Below, one piece after another: positions 1 to 9,823 of a stretch of 53,675 bases of DNA (position 1 is its first letter; every line of letters begins with the position of its first letter). The translations under genes were made by a program, and so were the position numbers. This stretch comes from Bacteroidales bacterium (GTDB lineage: Bacteria > Bacteroidota > Bacteroidia > Bacteroidales > Dysgonomonadaceae): the NCBI GenBank assembly GCA_012840785.1, contig DUVZ01000083.1, positions 1 through 53,675 of the forward strand, in the 5' to 3' direction. The notes under the pieces are model-generated. The model ran no database searches. It saw only the letters and a program-made list of their open reading frames with translations, and had not been told where the DNA came from.

Positions 1-1701
1 AATGTGATAACACAGATACCTACCAAAAACTCTTACGATTTGAGCTATGCCTACCACAATATAAATGGTAGAGCCAACGACAATGTGCTAAATGGAAACG
101 TAAGCATTGTAAATAAAAAGAGAAATGCAGGTGCTGTAATATTTGTAAGCCATAGAGAAAGAGAGCAGTACGATCACGAGGGTTTGACACTGAGACCTGA
201 TGGGAGCACAATAAAAGAACGCGACAACTACTCGGAACTACCCAAACTAAAGAACAACTCGTTTGGTGCAAACCTATTTTATGAGCCAGCCGACAATCAG
301 AAATTGGAGCTCAACTTCACCAGTATGTACGAATATCGTTATGGTGGAGAGATGATTGATAAATTGGCGCATTTGGCTAAACAGTCTGAAGAGCGTATAC
401 ACCATATTATGATGGGTGGGTTGGACTATGAGATACACTTTAATAACAACCTAACCTCTGTAAATGCTTATGTAGCAGGACAAAAGACCGACCGTGACCA
501 CTACACAGGATTGTATCCAGAAAGAGATGAATTTGATACACAAGCAGAGTTTGACGATGCGCTGTATGAGCATTTATCAAACCCTCCTTATGGAATAACC
601 GATAATACAACCATGCAGGGTGGTATAAGTATTAACCACAACCTTACAGATTTCTTTTCTGGCAGTAATCACTTAACTGGTGGTATAGAGTATCTCTACG
701 ATGAGGTGGTTGACTCAATACCTCAATACAACTACGAGATAGATCAACAAAGCAAAAACTTTGGAGCTTTTGTACAGAGTGATTGGAGAATAAATAAAGA
801 GTTTACCCTGCTTACAGGGGTGAGAGCCGACAAACACAACTTTTTGGACAACGCTATTTTCAGTCCTCGTGTATCGCTTCTCTATAAATTGAAAGACTAC
901 ACTCAGTTTAGAGCCACATGGGGTACAGGTTTTCGTGCACCACAAGCTTTCGACTCTGACCTACATATTGCTTTTGCTGGTGGTGGTGTGTCACGCATTT
1001 CACTCGACCCAGACCTGGAAGCCGAACACTCAAATAGCTTTAGTGGTTCTATCAACTTCGACAAACCTACAGCACTATACATTTTTGGTGTAACACTTGA
1101 AGGATTTTACACACAATTGAAAGAGGCTTTCTATCTGCATCCAATGGGAGCAGATAATAGAGGTGAACTATTTGAAAAGAGAAACGGACCCACTGCGGTT
1201 GTAAAAGGCTTAACACTTGAAGCAAGAGCCAACTATAATAGAATAGCACAAATAGAGGCTGGTTACACCTTGCAAAGTAGCAAATTTGACAAACCTATTG
1301 CACACTTTGATGAACAACCTGAAGGGAAACGCGACTTTATGCGTAGTCCCAACCAGTATGGATATGCCGTGTTTACGTATACTCCCAACAAACGATTTAA
1401 TGCGTCGTTGAGTGGCATTTATACGGGTAAGATGTGGTTGGCTAAATTCTCTCCCAACGAAGAGTGGGCTCCCAACGAATATAGAGAGTCGTCAAACTTT
1501 GCCGAGCTTAGTATGAAAGTGGGATACACCATACCTTTGAAAAGTGTTTACTCTGAAATGGAGGTGTTTGGTGGGGTGAAGAATATTACCAACTACTTCC
1601 AATCAGACTCTGACAACTATAAAAATAGAGATAGCGACTATATGTATGGTCCTGCACAGCCTCGCACTATTTATGTGGGAATAAGATTGAAATCAATTTA
1701 A
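1..1701 (+). CDS. TonB-dependent outer-membrane receptor, C-terminal beta-barrel part (5' end outside window)
   Basis: The frame is open from the window edge (track ORF 4..1701). The protein has a long alternating beta-strand pattern rich in Y/G/N/D, with ..TWGTGFRAPQAFD.. and a C-terminal ..PRTIYVGIRLKSI typical of TBDR barrels. A hairpin terminator follows. Confidence 0.85.
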   Translation, partial: NVITQIPTKNSYDLSYAYHNINGRANDNVLNGNVSIVNKKRNAGAVIFVSHREREQYDHEGLTLRPDGSTIKERDNYSELPKLKNNSFGANLFYEPADNQKLELNFTSMYEYRYGGEMIDKLAHLAKQSEERIHHIMMGGLDYEIHFNNNLTSVNAYVAGQKTDRDHYTGLYPERDEFDTQAEFDDALYEHLSNPPYGITDNTTMQGGISINHNLTDFFSGSNHLTGGIEYLYDEVVDSIPQYNYEIDQQSKNFGAFVQSDWRINKEFTLLTGVRADKHNFLDNAIFSPRVSLLYKLKDYTQFRATWGTGFRAPQAFDSDLHIAFAGGGVSRISLDPDLEAEHSNSFSGSINFDKPTALYIFGVTLEGFYTQLKEAFYLHPMGADNRGELFEKRNGPTAVVKGLTLEARANYNRIAQIEAGYTLQSSKFDKPIAHFDEQPEGKRDFMRSPNQYGYAVFTYTPNKRFNASLSGIYTGKMWLAKFSPNEEWAPNEYRESSNFAELSMKVGYTIPLKSVYSEMEVFGGVKNITNYFQSDSDNYKNRDSDYMYGPAQPRTIYVGIRLKSI

Positions 1702-1740
1702 AGACAACTCACAAAATAAAAGAGTAGATTAATTACAAGA

Positions 1741-1785
1741 AAACCGCATCATGATTAAAGAATCGTGATTGCGGTTTTTTATTTT
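1741..1785 (+). terminator. Rho-independent terminator after the TonB-dependent receptor gene
   Basis: aaaccgcatcatgatt-aaag-aatcgtgattgcggtt forms an imperfect stem and is followed by ttttttatttt. Confidence 0.7.
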
Positions 1786-1969
1786 ATTGATATTTGATTG
1801 CTGTTTAAAACGTGATTGAACAGCGATTAAACGGTTTTTGAGTAACGGTTAAACAGCACCTTTAAGAATGAGCAAGATAGGATTTATAGTATATACCCAT
1901 ACAGATTAGTTGCAACTAATAGTATCAAAAATACAACTTTTAATTTTCAACTTATAACTATTAACTTGC

Positions 1970-2662
1970 TTACTCGTTTTCCTCAGCAAAAAAGGGTGGT
2001 GGTGTTTGCAATGTGGGGAAAACCCTATGAACATTCTCCGCTACTTGTGCAGCAAACTCTTCTATATCTATATTTAAGGCATCTGCTACCTGCTGATACA
2101 CATCTCTAATATCTATTTCACTCTCGTCGGTTTCACAAAAAAGAGACTCTTTGGGGATAAATGATAGCGATTCGACATTGAATTTATCGCCTATCGAGAA
2201 CATATATCCAGCCCTCACCATCTGTTGAGCAATTTGGGGATTACCTCTAAACCCATGAATAATCCAAGGTTGCGTTGGTTTTGTTTCTTTACGAATATGA
2301 TAGAGTTGCTCCCATGCTTTAACTGCATGAACAATGAGAGGTTTCTCCAACTGCTCGGAAAGCTCTATATGACGCATAAAGACGGGTATTTGAATATTGA
2401 AAGCAGGACCTTTTAATTTGTCCAAGCCAGTTTCTCCTATTGCAATAATGCGAGAATCTGTTGCAATTTCGAAAAGATAGTTCAATTGCGATTCGCTGTC
2501 TTCTGAATACCAGGGATGGATTCCACACGAAAAACTGTGACGTTTGTAAGTAACTTTGGCTACTTCAAACTCTAATGGATATACATCTAATATACACGAA
2601 TGATAAGGGTCGTCGTTATCCTCTAATAAAATTTGATGTGTATGAATATCATAAAGTTCCAT
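1970..2662 (-). CDS. TatD-family metal-dependent hydrolase
   Basis: 230-aa ORF. It has the N-terminal D-x-H-x-H motif (YDIHTHQ), GETGLD and further His/Asp/Glu positions typical of the TatD/YjjV amidohydrolase fold. Confidence 0.8.
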   Translation of the reverse strand: MELYDIHTHQILLEDNDDPYHSCILDVYPLEFEVAKVTYKRHSFSCGIHPWYSEDSESQLNYLFEIATDSRIIAIGETGLDKLKGPAFNIQIPVFMRHIELSEQLEKPLIVHAVKAWEQLYHIRKETKPTQPWIIHGFRGNPQIAQQMVRAGYMFSIGDKFNVESLSFIPKESLFCETDESEIDIRDVYQQVADALNIDIEEFAAQVAENVHRVFPTLQTPPPFFAEENE

Positions 2663-2753
2663 AGTTATCGATTATATATTTGCGAACGTAAGATATAAAC
2701 AATTGTGGAGAAAATATCTTTTTGCGACAAAAGCATTGTCTGTTGTGTCAATT

Positions 2754-2984
2754 TTATGGCACAGGGTCGTATCCATGTCCTCCCCATGGGTGACAACGCC
2801 CTATCCTCTTGGCTGCTAGGAGCGAACCTTTAAGTGGTCCATGCTTCTTTATAGCCTCAATAGAATAGTGCGAACATGTGGGAGTGTACCTACAGCTTGA
2901 CGGTATAAGTGGAGAAATAGCATGTTGATAAAACCTGATAGGGACTATCAAAACCTTGCCTCCTATTTTGCTTAGCTTACTCAC
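2754..2984 (-). CDS. yidD: Membrane protein insertion efficiency factor YidD
   Basis: 76-aa ORF with the signature ..[21 protein letters not shown]...[16 protein letters not shown]. It overlaps the rnpA stop by 8 nt, the classic rnpA-yidD arrangement. Confidence 0.95.
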   Translation of the reverse strand: MSKLSKIGGKVLIVPIRFYQHAISPLIPSSCRYTPTCSHYSIEAIKKHGPLKGSLLAAKRIGRCHPWGGHGYDPVP

Positions 2985-3387
2985 TTGGTTCTGTTTTTTT
3001 TATGCGAATTGCAACTTGCTTCAATGCTTTTTTCATTGCTTTATCTATCTCTTTATAGTTGGAGTTTTCATCCTTTATATATACAAAAGCTATATCTAGC
3101 GACTGCTTATTGAGTTCGATATCGTTTACAAGCCTTTTGTTAAGCCTATATGCCTCTCGTATCAATCGTTTGATACGATTGCGATGCACAGCTTTTTTGA
3201 TTCTTTTCTTTGGCACTGTTACCAATATAGAACAGATAGGTGTGGGGCTTTGTTCATGTTGTGCAAACACCACTCGAAGGGGATAACTGATAAAACTTAT
3301 ACCCGATGCAAATATAGCATCTACCCGCTTTGCACCTGTCACTCGTTCTGCTTTGGTAAAAGTATAGTTCTCTTCTTTATTGGTCAT
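2977..3387 (-). CDS. rnpA: Ribonuclease P protein component
   Basis: Basic small protein with ..[19 protein letters not shown].., sitting directly upstream of yidD. I prefer the ATG at 3387 (MTNKEE..) over the track start at 3411. The longer form would abut the terminator hairpin of the upstream gene. Confidence 0.9.
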   Translation of the reverse strand: MTNKEENYTFTKAERVTGAKRVDAIFASGISFISYPLRVVFAQHEQSPTPICSILVTVPKKRIKKAVHRNRIKRLIREAYRLNKRLVNDIELNKQSLDIAFVYIKDENSNYKEIDKAMKKALKQVAIRIKKTEPSE

Positions 3388-3409
3388 ATTTAAGATAAAG
3401 TTTAGATAC

Positions 3410-3459
3410 AAAAAAGCACCCTATATAGAGCTACTTAAAAAGGGGCTATTTATAGGGTG
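3410..3459 (-). terminator. Rho-independent terminator of the HemD-like gene
   Basis: On the minus strand, caccctataaatagcc..gctctatatagggtg forms a stem followed by ctttttt. Confidence 0.6.
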
Positions 3460-3558
3460 TTGTTTTCATTGTTTTTACTGTAAAAACATGATATGATTGA
3501 AGAGCACTCAAAAAAAGACCTTTATGTAAAAAAGAGCCTCTCAGAAAGTGATACTTTA

Positions 3559-4320
3559 CTAGCTATGTCTTTTATGATTTTCTGTCAAGAACTCATCTAG
3601 TGCAGCAGTCATTGAAGGCACTCCTGGTGCAGGAGCTTCGATAGCAAGCTCTATTCCTAAATCTTTGAGCGTTGTGGCTGTCGCTTTGCCAAAGCATCCA
3701 ACAGCCATATGGCTTTCAACAAAATCAGGGAAATTCTTTAACAATGAAGATACACCTGCTGGACTAAAAAAGAGAAGCAAGTCGTAATCTAGCTTTTCTC
3801 CCTCTTCAAAATCGTTGCTCACTGTCCTATACATAACACTTTTGGTGTAATCTAGCTTTTTCTTATCCAAGAAACTAGTTAAATCTTCATTGTGCTGTTC
3901 AGACACTGGGAAAAGAATCTTCTCTTTATTATGTTTTGTAAAAGCATTTGCAAGACCCTCAATTTTACCTGTTTTGCTGAAAAATATTTTTCGCTTACGA
4001 TATACAATATACTTTTGTAGATAGAGTGCAATTGATTCTGAATTACAAAAATATTTCAATGATTCGGGAACAGTAATACGCAACTCCTCGCAAATAGAGA
4101 AAAAATTATCAATTGCAGTGCGTGAAGTAAATACAACAGCTGTGAAATCTAGAATTTGGATACGTTGTTGTCTAAACTCTTTGATTGTGATTCGTTCTAC
4201 TTTAATAAAAGGACGAAAATCTATTTCTACCTGATGTTTCTCCGCAATTTCGAAATAGGGAGACTTCTCATTGGTAGGTTTTGGTTGTGAAACGAGTATT
4301 TTTCTTACTTTCAAGCTCAT
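3559..4320 (-). CDS. Uroporphyrinogen-III synthase (HemD)-like protein
   Basis: 253-aa ORF with the two-lobed HemD-like pattern (KILVSQPKP.., ..VVFTSRTAIDNFF.., ..LLLFFSPAGVSSL..). It is paired with DUF4271, as is common in Bacteroidota. Confidence 0.7.
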   Translation of the reverse strand: MSLKVRKILVSQPKPTNEKSPYFEIAEKHQVEIDFRPFIKVERITIKEFRQQRIQILDFTAVVFTSRTAIDNFFSICEELRITVPESLKYFCNSESIALYLQKYIVYRKRKIFFSKTGKIEGLANAFTKHNKEKILFPVSEQHNEDLTSFLDKKKLDYTKSVMYRTVSNDFEEGEKLDYDLLLFFSPAGVSSLLKNFPDFVESHMAVGCFGKATATTLKDLGIELAIEAPAPGVPSMTAALDEFLTENHKRHS

Positions 4321-4355
4321 ATAATAGTTGTGGCTAATTATAGTAACAGTATATT

Positions 4356-5213
4356 TTAATTAATCAAAACAATTGCCTTATACAACAAAAGATAGGGCAT
4401 TATTTCGATACCGCAAAGATAGACAAAATAAAAGGAACTACCAATGTGGGCTTTTATGAAAAATAGATACGACTGCAAAATAATAGCTGCACGACCTACA
4501 ATAAAGAGTGTTGACAGAAAAAGCAGTACATATATTTTTGTCTCTGGAACGTAGATAAAAATAATTATTGGCACAAAGCTTAAAATACCAGTAAGGAAGA
4601 AAACTTTAAGGTATGTATCAATTAGGACATTTGTTTTAGTCTTCGAAAACAGACTCCCCGTGATGCCATAGAGCAGGTATTTAGCTAAAAAGAACAGTGC
4701 AAAGACAACAGTAATTTGCAAATACAAAACTAAATGGTCGTAGCCACTATATAACTGGTTTGAGCTGCCTACTGCAATAACAAAGAAAAGTATAGAATAG
4801 ATGATATAGGTTTGAAATGCATAAAAAAGCTTGCTCAATACATCAATTGTAGTAACCAATTTCTTATCAGATTTGGTGCTACGGTTGTCAAAACTAAAAA
4901 GACTTCGAATACCTGCAAAATGCGACAGACCACTACTTGCAAAAACAACAGAACCCATGATAAACAAAAGGACAAACACCAAAAAGATAAAGCCCCCAAA
5001 CTGTTGTATAAACGGACGCATCACTCCTTCCACACCATAAAACGCTGCCTCACTGCCCATTGCATCGATATTGTACAATACCTTAGAGGAATTTAACGGT
5101 AGATACTCATAAGAGAGAAATTTGTTGGCGGGAATAGTGTCAATACTCGCTACAACATCCCTCTTTAGTATAAAAGGAATAGAATCGGTGTTTTGCGACA
5201 ACAAATTAATCAC
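4356..5213 (-). CDS. DUF4271-type polytopic membrane protein
   Basis: 285-aa ORF with about six hydrophobic helices in the C-terminal two thirds. It has the conserved position downstream of the HemD-like gene. Confidence 0.6.
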   Translation of the reverse strand: MINLLSQNTDSIPFILKRDVVASIDTIPANKFLSYEYLPLNSSKVLYNIDAMGSEAAFYGVEGVMRPFIQQFGGFIFLVFVLLFIMGSVVFASSGLSHFAGIRSLFSFDNRSTKSDKKLVTTIDVLSKLFYAFQTYIIYSILFFVIAVGSSNQLYSGYDHLVLYLQITVVFALFFLAKYLLYGITGSLFSKTKTNVLIDTYLKVFFLTGILSFVPIIIFIYVPETKIYVLLFLSTLFIVGRAAIILQSYLFFIKAHIGSSFYFVYLCGIEIMPYLLLYKAIVLIN

Positions 5214-5250
5214 TTACTGTTTCTCTTAAAATTGTTAGTTAAAGTGTAGA

Positions 5251-5868
5251 CTAAGCTTTATCTTCAAACTTGGTGAGGTGTGAAAAGGTAACTGTCTCCT
5301 TCCTTATCTCATCAATAGCCTCTTCGGGTGTGTTTACTACGCGCCACATATTGCGATAGCGTTTGTGCATAAAGCCCTGCTCAATCATATTGTCGAACAT
5401 TGCAAGAAGACTATCGAAATAGTTGTTGGTATTTACTATCACAATGGGATGATTGTATAACCCCAATTGTTTCCACGTAATTATCTCTAACAACTCCTCC
5501 AATGTGCCCACCCCACCTGGAAGTGCTATAGCAGCACTAGATAGATTTGCCATCTTCTGTTTACGCTCGTGCATTGTAGCTGTCACAATTCGTTTGGTTA
5601 GCTTTTGATGCCCCCAACCCGAATCAACCATAAACTGCGGAATTACACCTATCGCCTCCCCATTGTGTTTTAAAACCGAATCGATAACGGCTCCCATCAA
5701 TCCTAAATTGCCACCTCCATTAATAGAGGCGATATTGTTGTTGGCAAGCAGCTCACCTAAGCGAGCTGCTGCATCTACATATATTTGGTCAATTGATGCA
5801 CTTGAGGCACTATATACTACTACACCAAAGTTGTTGGTAGCAAACGAAGAATTTATACTATTGCTCAT
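5251..5868 (-). CDS. LOG / TIGR00730-family Rossmann-fold nucleotide-binding protein (cytokinin riboside 5'-monophosphate phosphoribohydrolase-like)
   Basis: 205-aa ORF with GGGNLGLMG and the hallmark PGGVGTLEEL motif. Confidence 0.85.
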   Translation of the reverse strand: MSNSINSSFATNNFGVVVYSASSASIDQIYVDAAARLGELLANNNIASINGGGNLGLMGAVIDSVLKHNGEAIGVIPQFMVDSGWGHQKLTKRIVTATMHERKQKMANLSSAAIALPGGVGTLEELLEIITWKQLGLYNHPIVIVNTNNYFDSLLAMFDNMIEQGFMHKRYRNMWRVVNTPEEAIDEIRKETVTFSHLTKFEDKA

Positions 5869-5968
5869 ATTTATTAAAAACTCATTGTTGTGTGGATAGC
5901 ACTTATTTCTAGCTATAATCCATGTTTATAAGGCATTTATTGCAGAAAAGCTTCAACAAGAAAGGTTG

Positions 5969-7273
5969 TTACTCAATTCCAAAAGCTTTCTTTATCTTAT
6001 CCACAAAATCCAATTTCTCCCATGTAAAGAGTTCTACTTCCATCTCAATAGCCTCTTCCATATAGCGTGACTTAAAAGTCTTTTTCACCACCTTTGGCTC
6101 TCTACCCATATGACCATATGAAGCAGTCTCTAAGTAGATAGGATTCAGTAGTTTTAAACGCTCTTCTATTGCTTTTGGACGCATATCGAACAACTCTTTC
6201 ACTTTTTTGGCAATTTCGACATCTGAAATTCCCAACTTAGATTTTCCATAGGTATCGACATATATACTCATAGGCTCTGCAAGACCTATAGCGTATGACA
6301 CCTGTATCAACACTTCGGATGAAACACCTGCAGCCACAAGGTTTTTGGCTATGTGTCGTGCAGCATAGGCTGCCGAGCGGTCTACTTTGGAGGGGTCTTT
6401 ACCCGAGAAAGCTCCACCACCATGCGATGCTTTTCCACCATAAGTGTCTACAACAATTTTTCGACCCGTAAGTCCAGTATCACCATGTGGTCCTCCAATA
6501 ACAAATTTGCCTGTTGGGTTTACGTGATATATAATATCTTCGTTGAACAGAGCATAAATTTCTTTCTTGTGAGCATATTTCTCTTTCACCCTTGGCACAA
6601 GTATCTCTATTACATCTTTTTTTATTCTGCTTTGCATAGCCTTGTCAGCAGCCTCAGCAGCTTCCTTGCTATCATCTTCAGGCTTCTTTGGCTCGTCGTG
6701 TTGTGTAGAAAGTACTATGGTGTGGATGCTAACGGGTGTGCCATCCTCTTTGTATTTTACAGTAACTTGCGATTTAGCATCGGGACGAAGGTATGGCATC
6801 AAATGTAATTCGTTTTTACGAATATGCGCTAGTTCCAATAATAGAGCGTGACTCAAATCGAGAGGCAGTGGCATATAATTGTCGGTTTCGTTGGTAGCAT
6901 AGCCAAACATCATACCTTGATCTCCTGCCCCTTGGTCCATTGGGTCGTCTTTGGTAACTCCCCTGTTTATATCATCCGACTGTTCGTGTATGCTAGAAAA
7001 AACGCCACACGACTCGGCTTCAAATCGATAAGCGCTTTTGGTGTAACCTATATCGGCAATTACTTTGCGTGCCACTTCCGACACATCAACATATGCATTT
7101 GATTTTACCTCACCTGCCAATATAACTTGACCAGTGGTAACTAATGTTTCGCATGCAACTTTTGAGTTGCTATCATATGCTAAGAATTCGTCTAATAATG
7201 CATCCGAAATTTGATCGGCTACTTTATCTGGGTGACCTTCTGATACAGATTCTGAAGTAAATAGATAACTCAT
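5969..7273 (-). CDS. metK: S-adenosylmethionine synthetase
   Basis: 434-aa ORF with [37 protein letters not shown] and GGGAFSGKD motifs. Confidence 0.98.
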   Translation of the reverse strand: MSYLFTSESVSEGHPDKVADQISDALLDEFLAYDSNSKVACETLVTTGQVILAGEVKSNAYVDVSEVARKVIADIGYTKSAYRFEAESCGVFSSIHEQSDDINRGVTKDDPMDQGAGDQGMMFGYATNETDNYMPLPLDLSHALLLELAHIRKNELHLMPYLRPDAKSQVTVKYKEDGTPVSIHTIVLSTQHDEPKKPEDDSKEAAEAADKAMQSRIKKDVIEILVPRVKEKYAHKKEIYALFNEDIIYHVNPTGKFVIGGPHGDTGLTGRKIVVDTYGGKASHGGGAFSGKDPSKVDRSAAYAARHIAKNLVAAGVSSEVLIQVSYAIGLAEPMSIYVDTYGKSKLGISDVEIAKKVKELFDMRPKAIEERLKLLNPIYLETASYGHMGREPKVVKKTFKSRYMEEAIEMEVELFTWEKLDFVDKIKKAFGIE

Positions 7274-7415
7274 AATCTCTGTTTATTTTAATAATATGAA
7301 ATAAATAACAAGATGAGAGATAAAACATGGGCATGCGGAAGAAATGCAGTATATTTTAGCATTTTTTTCTGTGGTTGCAAGCTATTCAAATCTTTCCACC
7401 TTGTTTTGAAAGTGC

Positions 7416-7423
7416 AAAGATAA
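7416..7423 (-). promoter_or_regulatory. Candidate Bacteroidota sigma-A -7 element (TATCTTTG) for metK
   Basis: Exact TAnnTTTG match on the minus strand, about 140 nt upstream of the metK ATG. This implies a long 5' leader. Confidence 0.4.
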
Positions 7424-7554
7424 AAAGAATATGCCATTCGTTACAACTATTGGGTGCTAAAGTGAGATTTTTAACAGCGCATTAACGTAGCAATTAAAAA
7501 GATACATATATTGTTAAAAGGTCTTTTAAAGGATAACTACCTATTTAAATTGAC

Positions 7555-7562
7555 TATTTTTG
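7555..7562 (+). promoter_or_regulatory. Candidate -7 element (TATTTTTG) for the NlpC/P60 gene
   Basis: Exact TAnnTTTG match 28 nt upstream of the ATG at 7590. It overlaps the alternative TTG start at 7560 and so argues against that start. Confidence 0.45.
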
Positions 7563-7589
7563 CTCCTTATTAGAACCAATAATTATAAT

Positions 7590-8525
7590 ATGTCCTCTTC
7601 TTCATACTATAAACTGATAGTTTTTTCAATCTTGGCGCTGCTATGGGCATCGTGTGGATCGAAGAAGAGCGTTGTATCTGACAAAACCAAGTTGACACAA
7701 CACGATGTGGTGGAATATGGAAAGAAATACTTAAATACCCCCTATAGCTACGCTGGCAAAGGGCCCAACTCGTTTGATTGCTCTGGCTACACCTCTTTTG
7801 TTTTTAAGAAATTTGGTTACAATCTGCATTCAAGCTCTGCTGGGCAAGCTCGTCAAGGTGAAGCCATAAACAGCAAAAAAGAGTTGCAAGTTGGCGACTT
7901 GGTATTCTTTGAAGGAAATAGCCGCAATGGTAGGGTTGGCCACGTGGGCATTGTAAGCGACACTCATAAAAATGACAGATTCAGCTTCATTCATGCCTCA
8001 ACTAGCTATGGGGTAATTATCTCTTCGTCTGAAGAGCCCTACTACAGAGCTCGCTACTTGCGTGGTGGAAGAGTTATAAAAGACATTCAAAGAAAACAAC
8101 AAGAACCCGTAGAGGAGAGCGATATAGCAGATAACAGCCATATAAAGGTGCAAGACAATATAGTATATAAAGAGACCACCGAAGGATTTGTTGCTATAAA
8201 CAAATCAACAGGCAAACCATTGGAAGGCTCTGTAGCAGTTTCACCGGAGCAGGCATCAAAACCTGTAAAAACAAAGGAGAAAGAGAAGCAGGAAGAAGAG
8301 AAAAAGAAAAAACAGAAAAGCGAGATTCGTCAAACTGCTATAAGAGGCTCCGAAGAGACACTGGTTACACCTCCCAATCGAATTACTCACAAAGTGAAAC
8401 CTGGTGAAACACTCTACTCAATTGCAAAAAAACACAACTGCTCTGTAGAAGAGTTAAAAAAATGGAATCCTACAATTGAGAATAATACAATACAGGCTGG
8501 TGAGAGGCTAGACCTGTATAAATAA
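7590..8525 (+). CDS. NlpC/P60 (C40) peptidoglycan endopeptidase lipoprotein with C-terminal LysM domain
   Basis: Lipobox ..LLWASC; catalytic Cys in FDCSGYTSFVF and His in GHVGIV; a Lys/Glu-rich linker; LysM in HKVKPGETLYSIAKKHNCSVEELKKWN. Start moved to the ATG at 7590. Confidence 0.9.
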   Translation: MSSSSYYKLIVFSILALLWASCGSKKSVVSDKTKLTQHDVVEYGKKYLNTPYSYAGKGPNSFDCSGYTSFVFKKFGYNLHSSSAGQARQGEAINSKKELQVGDLVFFEGNSRNGRVGHVGIVSDTHKNDRFSFIHASTSYGVIISSSEEPYYRARYLRGGRVIKDIQRKQQEPVEESDIADNSHIKVQDNIVYKETTEGFVAINKSTGKPLEGSVAVSPEQASKPVKTKEKEKQEEEKKKKQKSEIRQTAIRGSEETLVTPPNRITHKVKPGETLYSIAKKHNCSVEELKKWNPTIENNTIQAGERLDLYK

Positions 8526-8636
8526 ACAAAAACAACGGGCTAAACGTTTATAGGAGATGTAGACCACTAGTGACATAGCTCGCTTTTGTTTATTATTACA
8601 CACTGAAATTTATAACAAGAATAAAACATAAACAAT

Positions 8637-9756
8637 ATGATAACTGCAGACCAACTAAAAGATGTGTTGGAGCGTGTGCAAGCGCTAAGGGGGTATCTTT
8701 GACATTGATGCCAGAACTATTCAATTAGAAGAGGAGGAACTCCGTTCACAATCACCTGACTTTTGGAACGACTCGAAAGCAGCCGAACAAAAAATGAGGG
8801 TGATAAAAGGCCTCAAAGCATGGATTGATGGATATGAAGAGGTGAAAAACTTTTCCGATGAACTAGAGCTAGCCTTTGAGTTTGTAAAAGACAAGATAAT
8901 TACCGAAGAGGAGGTAGACAAATTGTACGAACGTACTATTCGTAAGCTTGATGACTTGGAGCTTAAAAATATGCTCCGTCAAGAAGAAGATCAATTGGGA
9001 GCAGTATTGAAAGTGAATGCTGGTGCAGGTGGTACAGAAAGTCAAGACTGGGCTGCAATGTTAGTGCGGATGTATCAACGATGGTGTGAAGATCATAACT
9101 ATAAGGTAACCGTTACCAACTGGCAAGATGGAGACGATGCTGGCGTGAAAACCGTAACCATGCAAGTGGAAGGTGATTTAGCCTACGGATTTTTAAAGAG
9201 TGAGAATGGTGTGCATCGCCTTGTACGTGTGTCACCCTTCAATGCACAAGGAAAACGAATGACTTCGTTTGCATCGGTATTTGTTGTGCCATTGGTTGAC
9301 GATAGTATTGAAATAAATGTCGATTTAAGCAGCATTACATGGGACACCTTTCGCTCATCAGGAGCTGGTGGTCAGCACGTAAACAAGGTGGAGTCTGGTG
9401 TAAGATTGCACTACACCCACATTGATGAAGATACGGGTGAAGAACAAGAAATTGCTATTGAAAATACCGAGGGTCGTTCGCAACAAAACAACAGGGAGAA
9501 TGCTATACGCTTGCTGAAATCGCAACTTTATGAAATAGAGTTAGAAAAGCGCCGTAGAGCACAAGCAGTAATCGAATCTGGCAAGAAGAAAATTGAGTGG
9601 GGTTCGCAAATACGTAGCTATGTTTTCGACGATAGACGTGTAAAAGATCACCGCACAAATCATCAAACATCGGATGTGCCAGGCGTGATGGATGGAGATA
9701 TCGACGATTTCATTAAAGCCTATTTAATGGAGTTTGGAGCAGAAGCTGCTCAATAG
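8637..9756 (+). CDS. prfB: Peptide chain release factor 2, join(8637..8699,8701..9756), with programmed +1 frameshift
   Basis: The SPF tripeptide (RVSPFNAQ) and GGQ (SGAGGQHVNK) are in the 8794..9756 ORF. The upstream ATG at 8637 opens 21 codons that end in CTT TGA. A +1 shift joins MITADQLKDVLERVQALRGYL to DIDARTIQLEEEELRSQSPDFWND.. in the frame of the long ORF. Confidence 0.95.
8688..8703 (+). other. prfB +1 ribosomal frameshift site (AGGGGG TAT CTT TGA C)
   Basis: An SD-like AGGGGG lies 3 nt before the slippery CTT_TGA_C, with the in-frame TGA at 8700..8702. The layout is identical to the E. coli prfB recoding signal. Confidence 0.9.
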
Positions 9757-9823
9757 ATATAAAAGAGAAGAAAAAGCAAACTAACATATACATATGGAGT
9801 GCATTAATTATTGAGGAAGAAAA

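Noticed and set aside
7274-7423. SAM-I (S-box) riboswitch in the metK leader
   Set aside because: GGUGGA and GCAACC resemble fragments of the S-box core. However, the GAGGGA/P3 hairpin and the four-way junction are absent, and the segment is far too short.
7560-7589. TTG start extending the NlpC/P60 protein by 10 residues
   Set aside because: The extension overlaps an exact TAnnTTTG promoter element (7555..7562). The ATG at 7590 gives a normal lipoprotein signal peptide.
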